Assembly (NCBI GenBank): GCA_049318245.1
Contig: JBMOGS010000003.1
Coordinates: 2,311-66,310, forward strand
Source: Phycisphaerales bacterium
Lineage (GTDB): Bacteria > Planctomycetota > Phycisphaerae > Phycisphaerales > SM1A02
Direction of reading: 5' to 3'
Length of the DNA: 64,000 nt
Each line of letters starts with the position of its first letter. Within the stretch, counting starts at the first letter, position 1. Shown piece after piece: positions 8,818 to 17,141 of this stretch. Below the pieces are notes generated by a model. That model was not told where the DNA came from. It was given only the letters and a program-made list of their open reading frames with translations, and searched no databases. A program made the position numbers and the translations under genes.

Positions 8818-9365
8818 TTCGCGCGCAGGTATCGGCGCAGTTTCGCGTAGTCGACCTTCACCGTGCTGCCTGGCCGCACGCCGAGCTTCTCCAGCAGGCC
8901 GGCCTTCACCTCGATCGCGAAGATCGCGTCCTCGGCGGAGGGGTATCGCCTCAGCCGCGACGTGTAGGCCTCGCGCGACTCGCCCGGCTTCTGCGGCGCC
9001 TCGGTCTTCATGGTGTAGGTGCTGACCACCTTGCCCGTGCGATCGAGGTAGGCCACGTCGATGTCGATCAGGCAGTCGATCATCCAGAAGCTGAGGATGC
9101 GCGACTCGGGGAACACGAAGATCATGCCGGTGCCATCGGCGATCTCGGTGCGTCCGGACATGCCGCGCTCCACGGCCTTCGGCGTGGCGGCAACCTCCAG
9201 CTCGAAAGGTCTGCCTCCCAGCGTGATCGTCTCGATGGGCAGGCCCGACTTGGCCGTCTTCGGCGCAGCGGGCGCGGCAGGTGTCCCTTGCATGACCACG
9301 AAGCCCGCGGCGCCCGCACCCAGCACGCCAACCAGCAGCCACTTGATGCCCGCGCCCATGAGCAT
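8814..9365 (-). CDS. DUF192 domain protein with N-terminal membrane anchor or signal
   Basis: MLMGAGIKWLLVGVLGAGAAGFVV is a hydrophobic N-terminus. It is followed by RGMSGRTEIADGTGMIFVFPESRILSFWMIDCLIDIDVAYLD, the DUF192 pattern. The gene starts 2 nt after the hmgA stop. Confidence 0.8.
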   Translation of the reverse strand: MLMGAGIKWLLVGVLGAGAAGFVVMQGTPAAPAAPKTAKSGLPIETITLGGRPFELEVAATPKAVERGMSGRTEIADGTGMIFVFPESRILSFWMIDCLIDIDVAYLDRTGKVVSTYTMKTEAPQKPGESREAYTSRLRRYPSAEDAIFAIEVKAGLLEKLGVRPGSTVKVDYAKLRRYLRAN

Positions 9366-9367
9366 GC

Positions 9368-10603
9368 TCACCAGGTGTCCGCGCTGCCGCCCTTGTCGGC
9401 GGCAGCCTTCGCGGCGGGGAAGTGCTCCTCTTCCCAGCTCTTCGGATAGGCGAGGTCGTCGATCTCGAGCGCGGCCTTCGTGGGGAACAGGGGCCGGAAG
9501 GTGTCGCACATCACGGCAAGCTCGTCGGTGCGCGTGGCGCCGATCGACTTCTCCACCGTGCCCGGGTGCGGGCCGTGCGGAATGCCCTGCGGGTGCAGCG
9601 TGACGCTGCCCACCTCGATGCCCTTGCGCGCCTTGTAGTTGCCCTGCACGTAGTACAGGATCTCGTCGCTGTCCAGGTTGCTGTGGTTGTAGGGCACCAC
9701 GATCGCCTGCGGATGGAAATCGAGCAGGCGCGGGCAGAAGCTGCAGATGACGAAGTTGTGCCCCTCGAAGGTCTGGTGCGTCGGCGGGGGCATGTGGTGC
9801 TTGCCCACGATCGGGCTGAAGTCGTCGATGTTGAAGCAGTAGGGGTAGTAGCAGCCATCCCAGCCCACCACGTCGCACGGATGATGCTTGTACGTGTAGG
9901 CGTGCACGCAGTCACGCGCCTTGATGCGGACCTCGAAATCGCCCTTCTGGTCGAAGGTCAGCGGCAGCTCCGGCGTGCGAAGGTCGCGTTCGCAGTAGGG
10001 CGCGTGCTCCAGGAACTGGCTCGTCTGCTTGCTCAGGTAGCGCCGCGGCGGTGCGATGTGGCTGCTGTTGGCGGTCTCGAAGCCGATGAAGCGGGGCTCG
10101 GGCTCGCCGGGCTTGGTCGCGTCGAAGGTGAGCTTGTAGATGGTGCCCTTCGGGATCACCACGTAGTCGCGCGGGCCGAACTTCAGCGTGCCGAAGGTGC
10201 TCTCCAGGGTGCCCGACCCGAAATGGATGAACAGGCACTCGTCGCCCTGCGCGTTCTTGAAGTGGTACCGCATCGGCTCCGCTGGCACGCACGCGAACAT
10301 CTCCACGTCGCTGTTGCCGAACAGGATCACCCGGCCCGTCACCGGGTCGCCCTTGGCCTTCATGCCCGCGGTCTTCGCGTGACGCATGCGCATCACGGTC
10401 TCCTCCACGTATTCGGCCTTGGTGCCGTAGAGGGTCTTCCACCCGATCACCTGCGTGGGCGGGTGCACGTGGTACAGGGTGCTGGTGGGGCCCACGAATC
10501 CCTCGGTGCCGAAGACCTCCTCGCTGTACAGCGCACCGTCGGGACGGCGGAACTGGATGTGTCGCTTGGGGGGAAGGGAGCCGAGCTTCGTGTAGAAAGG
10601 CAT
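9368..10603 (-). CDS. hmgA: homogentisate 1,2-dioxygenase
   Basis: MPFYTKLGSLPPKRHIQFRRPDGALYSEEVFGTEGFVGP…HPQGIPHGPHPG is the HmgA family sequence. The start is at 10603; the longer ORF extension is non-coding-like. Confidence 0.9.
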   Translation of the reverse strand: MPFYTKLGSLPPKRHIQFRRPDGALYSEEVFGTEGFVGPTSTLYHVHPPTQVIGWKTLYGTKAEYVEETVMRMRHAKTAGMKAKGDPVTGRVILFGNSDVEMFACVPAEPMRYHFKNAQGDECLFIHFGSGTLESTFGTLKFGPRDYVVIPKGTIYKLTFDATKPGEPEPRFIGFETANSSHIAPPRRYLSKQTSQFLEHAPYCERDLRTPELPLTFDQKGDFEVRIKARDCVHAYTYKHHPCDVVGWDGCYYPYCFNIDDFSPIVGKHHMPPPTHQTFEGHNFVICSFCPRLLDFHPQAIVVPYNHSNLDSDEILYYVQGNYKARKGIEVGSVTLHPQGIPHGPHPGTVEKSIGATRTDELAVMCDTFRPLFPTKAALEIDDLAYPKSWEEEHFPAAKAAADKGGSADTW

Positions 10604-10685
10604 GTGGGTTCCTCGTGCGCGGACAAGTGTAAGCCCGGGGTGGGCTCGGTGGACGGAATGCCGCGCGAACGCCGATAGGCCTTCC

Positions 10686-11348
10686 GTGAATCCATCGTCG
10701 CAGTCCACCACGCCGATCGTGCTGCAGTCCTTCGAGGATTGGCTGGTGCTCGACAAGCCCGCGGGCATGCATTCGGTCGCGCAGGCGTCCAGCGAGGGTT
10801 CCAGCGTGGAGGCGTGGCTGCGCGAGCAGCATCCGGAACTCGCCCAACTGCCCGAGTCCGGCCTGTGCCACCGGCTGGACCAATGGACAAGTGGCTGCAT
10901 GGTGGTCGCCCGGACGGCGGCGGCGCATGCGCGGTTGCGGGCGAACTTCGGTGACGCAGGGTCGGGGGTGCGCAAGGTGTATCTGGCGCTGGCACGAAAG
11001 GGGCTCGCGCGCGAGGGGCGCTTTCGGCTCCACTTCGAGAGTCGCTACAAGCGCTCCGCGAAAGTCACCGTGAGCGAGGGCGGCAACGCCTGGAGCGCCG
11101 GCCGCTGCATCTGGCGCGTGCAGGCGTCGGGCCCGGCTGGACATGAGCGCGTCGAGGTGGAGCTGATCGGCCCGGGCCGCCGACATCAGATCCGCGCGGG
11201 GCTTGCGCACCTTGGACATCCGCTGGCGGGCGACACCCTCTACGGCGGGACCGAGCTTTCCGGACTGGGCGGGCCAGCGCTGCATGCATGGCGCATCACG
11301 CTGGAGGGCCGGGACATCGTGGCGGAACCGCCGGTGACCTTTCGCTAA
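10686..11348 (+). CDS. RluA-family pseudouridine synthase
   Basis: LVLDKPAGMHSV and HRLDQWTSGCMVVART (catalytic Asp motif), plus HQIRAGLAHLGHPLAGDTLYG. The start is uncertain: GTG at 10686, or the ORF start at 10602, which overlaps the hmgA start. Confidence 0.8.
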   Translation: MNPSSQSTTPIVLQSFEDWLVLDKPAGMHSVAQASSEGSSVEAWLREQHPELAQLPESGLCHRLDQWTSGCMVVARTAAAHARLRANFGDAGSGVRKVYLALARKGLAREGRFRLHFESRYKRSAKVTVSEGGNAWSAGRCIWRVQASGPAGHERVEVELIGPGRRHQIRAGLAHLGHPLAGDTLYGGTELSGLGGPALHAWRITLEGRDIVAEPPVTFR

Positions 11349-11358
11349 CATTTTTCCG

Positions 11359-12231
11359 ATGCGCATCGCGATCCTGAGCAACCACCGAAGTGGCCGAGGC
11401 CGTGCAGGCCGGCTGGCGCTTCGCCTGCAACTGGCGCTGCATGACGCGGGTCACACCTGCTGGCAGGCGGAGACGGTGGCCTCCGAATCCGACGCGCGCC
11501 TGCCCGGCGTGATCCGGGACGCGCAACTCGTGATCGTGTGCGGTGGTGACGGCTCATTGCGAACATGCGCTCGTGCGGCGCGCGATGCGGGGGCGATGCT
11601 CTGGCACGCCGCTGCGGGCACGGAAAATCTGTTCGCGCGGCATTTCGCGATGCGTGGCCTGCGAGGACTGATGCGTGGCATCGAGGCTGGTGAGACGGCC
11701 GAACTCGATGTCTGGGGCGCCGATGGTCACGCATTCCTGGTGATGGCCAGCGTGGGCCTGGATGCCGACATCGTCTGCGAGGTCGCTGCACGCCGTCGGG
11801 GTCCGCAGGCCCGACGACATTGGGTCGCCCCGATCGTGCGGGGCGCGCTTGGTTGGCGAGCGCCGGAGTGCACGGTGTCCTCGGTCGACGGGTCCGTGGT
11901 CTCGCGGCAGCGGGGATCGTTCATCGCGGCGAATCTGCCTGCCTATGCAGCGCGGATGAATCCAGTCGTGCGCGCGGAGGGCTCGGACGGCGCGCTCGAT
12001 GCGCTCACGCTGCGTTGTCGGGGTGCGTTCGGTCTGCTGCCATGGGCGGCACGGGGCTGGATGGGCCTCACGGGAGGATCCTGCATGCGGCTTCCTGAAC
12101 CCGCGTGCGTGGTGCAGACCGACCGGTCGTGTCGATGGCAGATCGATGGCTGCCCGCTGCCGGGCGGGGCCAGAGGGGCGGTCGAGCTCCGCCGGGATGG
12201 CGATCGGCTTCGCGTGCTGCTGCCGGGCTGA
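11359..12231 (+). CDS. diacylglycerol/lipid kinase family protein
   Basis: MRIAILSNHRSGRGRAG… VIVCGGDGSLRT is the DAGK catalytic-domain GGDG motif. Confidence 0.75.
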   Translation: MRIAILSNHRSGRGRAGRLALRLQLALHDAGHTCWQAETVASESDARLPGVIRDAQLVIVCGGDGSLRTCARAARDAGAMLWHAAAGTENLFARHFAMRGLRGLMRGIEAGETAELDVWGADGHAFLVMASVGLDADIVCEVAARRRGPQARRHWVAPIVRGALGWRAPECTVSSVDGSVVSRQRGSFIAANLPAYAARMNPVVRAEGSDGALDALTLRCRGAFGLLPWAARGWMGLTGGSCMRLPEPACVVQTDRSCRWQIDGCPLPGGARGAVELRRDGDRLRVLLPG

Positions 12232-12272
12232 GCGGCAAGGCGCGTTCGCCCCCGCGATGTCACAATCCAGCC

Positions 12273-12848
12273 ATGCGAACCCTGCTTGTCGTCGTCACGC
12301 TCTGTGCCGCAGCCTGTGCCACCGGCACGCCACCGCAGCGATTCATTCCGTCGGGCGTCGCGCTTTCCGGCGACGGAGACAAGGTCTCCTACCGCGCCCC
12401 CACCCTGGACGCGTCGCGACTGGCTGGCGCATGCGTGGAGAAGACGCAGATGCTGGTGAAGCTGGGTGACCACAAGCGAGCGGAGTCGCTCCCTCGGGAG
12501 CTCCAGTCGAACCTGCAGTCCTTCCTCGGCATGAAGACGGTTCCGGCTGGCGCGGGCGTGCTGGTGGTGCGAAGCGCGATCACGGGTGCCCGTCCCGACG
12601 ATCCGCTTGCCGACATCGGGACCAACGAGCCGCAGCGCGGCGATGGCGGCTACACGTCGGTCGAGATCTACGCGACCGAGGGTGCGGACGGCCCGGTGGT
12701 GGCGGCGCTGCGCGAGACGATTCGCAGCGAGAAGCTCACGCTGGATGGCGACGCGGCCTGGGCGCGCACCGAGAGGGCACTCGCCGAGGCTGCCGCCCGC
12801 TTCGCCAAGTTGGTGCGGCCGGACCTGAAGTTCCCCGGAGATCGCTGA
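12273..12848 (+). CDS. putative lipoprotein
   Basis: MRTLLVVVTLCAAAC is a signal peptide with a lipobox-like Cys. The ORF shows coding-like composition. No confident family assignment. Confidence 0.6.
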   Translation: MRTLLVVVTLCAAACATGTPPQRFIPSGVALSGDGDKVSYRAPTLDASRLAGACVEKTQMLVKLGDHKRAESLPRELQSNLQSFLGMKTVPAGAGVLVVRSAITGARPDDPLADIGTNEPQRGDGGYTSVEIYATEGADGPVVAALRETIRSEKLTLDGDAAWARTERALAEAAARFAKLVRPDLKFPGDR

Positions 12849-12851
12849 GGC

Positions 12852-13466
12852 GTGCCGGGCCCTGACGCGGCGTTCTGGCAACAGCGCTTCGAGTCGGGCG
12901 ACACGCCGTGGGATCGCGGCGCGCCGAGTCCGCAGTTGCTGCGCTGGCTCGACGAGGCGTCGTTGCGTCCGTGCCGAATCGCGGTGCCGGGGTGTGGCAG
13001 TGGTTGGGATGCCGTCGAGCTTGCCAGGCGCGGATTCAGCGTGACCGCCGTGGATCTGGTGCCGGCGGCATGTGATCGGACGCGGGCGCGTGCGCACGCC
13101 GCGGGTGTGTCCCTGGAGGTGGTGCAGGCCGACATGCTTGCGTGGCGACCACCGGAGCCCTTCGATGCCGTCTTCGAGCAGACCTGCCTGTGCGCCATCC
13201 ATCCATTCCACTGGTCGGGATACGCGGGGTCCATGCGGGCCTGGATCCGGTCGGATGGCGCCTTGTGGGCCCTTTTCATGCAGCGGCCGCGTGCGTCGGC
13301 CATCGACGAGGGGCGTGTCGAGGGGCCGCCCTATCACTGCGACATTTCGGCCATGCAGCTGCTCTTTCCGGCAGCGGATTGGGCCTGGCCGGAGCCGCCG
13401 CTGGTGAAGGTGCCGCACCCCGCCGGTTGGCATGAACTTGGAGCCTGCCTGCGTCGTCGGGCGTGA
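12852..13466 (+). CDS. thiopurine S-methyltransferase-family SAM-dependent methyltransferase
   Basis: FWQQRFESGDTPWDRG…AVPGCGSGWDAVELARRGFSVTAVDL…FEQTCLCAI is the TPMT-like pattern. GTG start, 3 nt after the preceding stop. Confidence 0.8.
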   Translation: MPGPDAAFWQQRFESGDTPWDRGAPSPQLLRWLDEASLRPCRIAVPGCGSGWDAVELARRGFSVTAVDLVPAACDRTRARAHAAGVSLEVVQADMLAWRPPEPFDAVFEQTCLCAIHPFHWSGYAGSMRAWIRSDGALWALFMQRPRASAIDEGRVEGPPYHCDISAMQLLFPAADWAWPEPPLVKVPHPAGWHELGACLRRRA

Positions 13467-13536
13467 CCTCGCCCGGCCGCCGCGGGCGGCGTACATTTCC
13501 CGCACCCTTCCGCCTTCCAGCATCAAGGAAATCGAC

Positions 13537-14952
13537 ATGCTCGAACCCCGACGTCTTGCGCTGGCATCCCTCGCGATGCCCTTCCTGCTCGCATCTGCCT
13601 CGCTGGCATTGCCCGATGAGGCGCCCGAGAAGCCGGCCGACAAGGCCGAGGAGGCGCATGTCGGCACCGAGAAGGAGATCAAGCGTCTCCGTCAGCAGGC
13701 CGAACTGCGCGAGCAGGAGCTGAACGCCCAGCTGGCCAGCCTGAAGGCCGAGAAGACCAAGCTGGAGGCGGAGCTTGCGCTGATCAACGCCAAGCAGAGC
13801 TACGAGGCCGAGCCGGACAAGGCCAAGCTCGAGGCGCTGCAGCGCGCCCAGCAGCTGCGCGACGCCACGCTGAAGAATGAGCTCGCCCCGAACGCGGCGG
13901 AGGTCGAGCGCATGAAGCAGGCCCAGTCGCTGGCGCAGGCGAAGCTCGATGCGGAACTGTCGGCGAACAAGGCGGAGATCGACCGCCTGCGCTCGGCGCA
14001 GGATCTGCTCGACGCGCAGCACAAGGCGAAGATCTCGGGACTTCGTCGCGAGCAGGAGGCCCTCTCCGCCGAGAACATGCTGGCCGCCGAGAAGCGCAAG
14101 GCGGAGCAGTCGAAGCTCGCCGACGAGCAGATGCGGGCCGAGATCGAGGCCCGCACGGCGGCCGCCATGCTGCAGCAGCGCGACGGCACGGACAAGCTGC
14201 GTGACATGGTCAGTGCCCCCGTGCAGTACACCGACACGCCGTTCAAGGACGGCGTGCTGACGGTGAGCGACCGCAAGATCGAGATGGACGGCCCGATCGT
14301 GACCGGCAGTGCCGACTACGTCTGCGACCGCATCGACTACTTCAACAACCAGGACCGCACCAAGCCGATCTTCATCGTGATCAACAACTCGCCGGGCGGC
14401 AGCGTGATGCAGGGCTACCGCATCCTGAAGGCGATCGAGACCAGTGACGCGCCGGTGCACGTGGTGGTGAAGAGCTTCGCGGCCAGCATGGCGGCGACGA
14501 TCGCCACGCTCGCGCCGCACAGCTACGCGTACCCCAACGCGATCATCCTGCATCACCAGATGTCCGGTGGCGCCAGCGGCAACATGACCGACATCGAGCA
14601 GGAAGTGAAGACGATGCAGGAGTGGGAGCGGCGGCTGGCCGAGCCGATCGCCAAGAAGATGGGCATCTCGCTCGACGAGTTCAAGGCGAGGATGTACTCC
14701 GCCAAGAAGAGCGGCGACTGGGACGAGTTCGCCGACAAGGCCGTGCAGCTGAAGTGGATCGACCACATCGTGAACGAGATCCGCGAGGAGGGCATCCGGA
14801 AGAAGCCGTCCGAGCGTCGCGATCCGATCTGGATGTTCATGATGCAGCGTGACGAGCAGGGCAAGCCCTTCATGCAGCTTCCCCCGCTCGAGCCCTACGA
14901 CTGCTACTTCATGGTGAATCCGCGCGGCTTCTACCGAATCGACGGTCGCTGA
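13537..14952 (+). CDS. exported ClpP-like (S14 fold) serine protease with a long N-terminal coiled coil
   Basis: The signal-like N-terminus is MLEPRRLALASLAMPFLLASASLALP. About 200 aa of heptad-like Ala/Glu/Lys/Gln-rich sequence follow. The C-terminal domain is IFIVINNSPGGSVMQGYRILKAI…SFAASMAATIA…ILHHQMSGG, matching the ClpP family Ser and His motifs. Confidence 0.75.
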   Translation: MLEPRRLALASLAMPFLLASASLALPDEAPEKPADKAEEAHVGTEKEIKRLRQQAELREQELNAQLASLKAEKTKLEAELALINAKQSYEAEPDKAKLEALQRAQQLRDATLKNELAPNAAEVERMKQAQSLAQAKLDAELSANKAEIDRLRSAQDLLDAQHKAKISGLRREQEALSAENMLAAEKRKAEQSKLADEQMRAEIEARTAAAMLQQRDGTDKLRDMVSAPVQYTDTPFKDGVLTVSDRKIEMDGPIVTGSADYVCDRIDYFNNQDRTKPIFIVINNSPGGSVMQGYRILKAIETSDAPVHVVVKSFAASMAATIATLAPHSYAYPNAIILHHQMSGGASGNMTDIEQEVKTMQEWERRLAEPIAKKMGISLDEFKARMYSAKKSGDWDEFADKAVQLKWIDHIVNEIREEGIRKKPSERRDPIWMFMMQRDEQGKPFMQLPPLEPYDCYFMVNPRGFYRIDGR

Positions 14953-14961
14953 CGCACCGGG

Positions 14962-16221
14962 TCAGGCGAGGGCCCTGGCCAGTGCCGCGGGTTCCGGCGG
15001 CAGGGGTGTCGCATGCGCGGGGCGCGCCAGCAGTTCGGCCAGCGGTTCGGGCACGGCCACCGTGGTGCCGATGATCGGCTCGACCACCGTGTCGAACTTC
15101 GCCGGGTGTGCCGTGGCCGCCACGATCCAGGTCCCTCGGTCGCCGCGCGCCCGAAGCCGCTCGAGCACCTCCACGCCACAGGCGGTGTGCGGGCAGATCG
15201 CCACGTGGTGGCGATCCCATGTCCGGCGGATCGCGTGTCCGATCGCCTCGTCGTCGACCCAGTCGGCGTCGATCGCATGACGCACCTGCGGGAAGCGCGC
15301 GAGCAGGCGCTCGGCATTGCTGGGCGCGCCGACATCCATCGCGTTGGCGAGCGTGGCCACCGTGGCCGCGGGTTCGTATCGGCCGGTCGCGGCCAGGGCG
15401 ACCAGGGCGCGGTTGGCGTTGGTGGCCAGCATCACCTTGCCGATCGGCAGCCCGCGCTCGCGTGCCAGCAGGCAGGCGAAGGCGTTGCCAAGATTGCCGG
15501 TGGGCACGATCACGCTGGGTGGCGCGTGGCCGGCGTGCGCGCATTCCATCGCCGCGTGCGCGTAGTAGGCCATCTGCGGCAGCAGGCGTCCAAGCGAGAT
15601 GCTGTTGGCGCTGGTGAGGTGGTGGCGCGCGACCAGTTCGCGATCCGCAAGCGCCGTCTTGACCATGCGCTGGCAGTCGTCGAAGGTGCCCGCCACGCGG
15701 AAGGCGTGCACGTTGCCGCCGAACGCCCCCAGCTGGTGCGCCTGGCGCGGCGACACGCGCCCTTCGGGATACAGGATCACCACCCGGAAGTCCGGCCGGC
15801 CGTGGAACGCGGACGCGACGGCGGCGCCGGTGTCGCCGGAGGTCGCGACCAGCACGGTCGCGGTCGACCCCGTGGTGAGGCGTGAGAGCGTGGCCGCGAG
15901 GAATCGTGCGCCGAAGTCCTTGAAGGCGGCCGTGGGGCCGTGGAAGAGTTCCAGCAGCGCGGTGCGCTCGTCGAGCCATCGGAGCGGCGCGTCGAAGTTG
16001 AAGGCCTCGTCGATGATCGCCGGAAGATGATCGGCCAGCGGATCGTCCGCGAAGTACGGCATGAGCAGGGCGAGCGCGCGTTCCCGAAGGTTCGTGCCCC
16101 AGGCGCGTGCGCTCGGCGCAAGCTGTGGAGGCATGTAGAGGCCGCCGTCGGTCGCAAGACCCTGCGCGATCGCCTCGGAGATCGGCGCGCTTGCCGCGCC
16201 GCGCGTGCTCGCCACCCTCAC
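14962..16221 (-). CDS. thrC: threonine synthase
   Basis: VRVASTRG…LELFHGPTAAFKDFGARFLA…SGDTGAA are ThrC motifs. The GTG start at 16221 overlaps the thrB stop (GTGA). Confidence 0.92.
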   Translation of the reverse strand: MRVASTRGAASAPISEAIAQGLATDGGLYMPPQLAPSARAWGTNLRERALALLMPYFADDPLADHLPAIIDEAFNFDAPLRWLDERTALLELFHGPTAAFKDFGARFLAATLSRLTTGSTATVLVATSGDTGAAVASAFHGRPDFRVVILYPEGRVSPRQAHQLGAFGGNVHAFRVAGTFDDCQRMVKTALADRELVARHHLTSANSISLGRLLPQMAYYAHAAMECAHAGHAPPSVIVPTGNLGNAFACLLARERGLPIGKVMLATNANRALVALAATGRYEPAATVATLANAMDVGAPSNAERLLARFPQVRHAIDADWVDDEAIGHAIRRTWDRHHVAICPHTACGVEVLERLRARGDRGTWIVAATAHPAKFDTVVEPIIGTTVAVPEPLAELLARPAHATPLPPEPAALARALA

Positions 16222-17141
16222 GGCAGCACCCTTGCGCCGGGCGCGTCGACCGGGCTCACCAGCGCGTCGCTTGCATGGCCTGCGGCAACGAACGCGGCCT
16301 GCATGGCCCGACTGGCGCGCGTGGCCGTCGCGGCGTCGGCACACCATGCGAACACGCTTGGACCGCCCCCCGAGATGCTTGCGCCGAGGGCACCGGCATC
16401 GAGTGCGGCCTGCTTCACGGCGGCGAATCCGGGAATGAGCGGCGCCCGTCGAGGCTCCACCAGCACGTCATGCAAGCCGCGCCGGATGAGTGCCGGGTCC
16501 CCGGCATGGCACCCGGCGAGCAGCAGGGCCAGTCCCTCGCTCTGGCGCACGAAGTCGCCGATCGCGTAGGGCGCAGTCAGCACCTCGCGGCTGCGGCGCG
16601 TCTCCAGCGGGAAATGCGGGCGCACCACGGCCGCGTGCAGCCAGGACGGCACGGGCAGGCGCAGCGGTTCGCCTTCGTGCGGCGCGATCGTGAGGCCGCC
16701 AAGCAGGGCGGGCGCGACGTTGTCGCCATGCGCACTGCCGGTGGCAGCGGCCTCGCCCTGCACGGCGGCGTGAAAGAGCGTGGCCATGTCCGGTCGTGCG
16801 GGAAGCAGGGCCGCAACCGCGACCGCGGCCGCCACGGCGCTCGAGGCGGAGCCTCCCATGCCGGATCCCATCGCGATGCCCTTGTCGATCTCGACGTCCA
16901 GCCCCGTCCCCGCCGGGAAGAGCGGCAGCAGCGCAAGTGCCGCGCGTCCCGCGGTGTTGCGATGCGCGTCGGTGGGAAGCGGCGTCCCGATGCCACGGAT
17001 CGCCGTCACGCGCACCTCCGCGCGATCGGTGCGCGTCACCGTCACGATGTCGCCAGGGCCCGCGAGTGCGTGGCCCAGTAGGTCGAACCCCACGCCGACA
17101 TTGCCCACCGTGGGCGGTGCCGAGGCGCGCGCGCGGTTCAC
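16218..17141 (-). CDS. thrB: homoserine kinase
   Basis: APPTVGNVGVGFDLLGHAL and GMGSGMGGSASSAVAA are the GHMP kinase motif. The GTG start overlaps the thrA stop. Confidence 0.9.
   Translation of the reverse strand: MNRARASAPPTVGNVGVGFDLLGHALAGPGDIVTVTRTDRAEVRVTAIRGIGTPLPTDAHRNTAGRAALALLPLFPAGTGLDVEIDKGIAMGSGMGGSASSAVAAAVAVAALLPARPDMATLFHAAVQGEAAATGSAHGDNVAPALLGGLTIAPHEGEPLRLPVPSWLHAAVVRPHFPLETRRSREVLTAPYAIGDFVRQSEGLALLLAGCHAGDPALIRRGLHDVLVEPRRAPLIPGFAAVKQAALDAGALGASISGGGPSVFAWCADAATATRASRAMQAAFVAAGHASDALVSPVDAPGARVLP

Noticed and set aside
7426-9342. A 638-aa minus-strand ORF.
   Set aside because: It is antisense to fahA and runs out of frame across the DUF192 gene. It has no recognisable domain.
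9368-10975. Long N-terminal extensions of tracked ORFs, including hmgA, uppS, thrA, thrC, smc, the ABC ATPase, mlaF and Memo.
   Set aside because: The extensions overlap neighbouring genes, are Arg/Pro/Ser-rich, and precede internal starts that align with the known N-termini of the families. I trimmed these genes to the internal starts.
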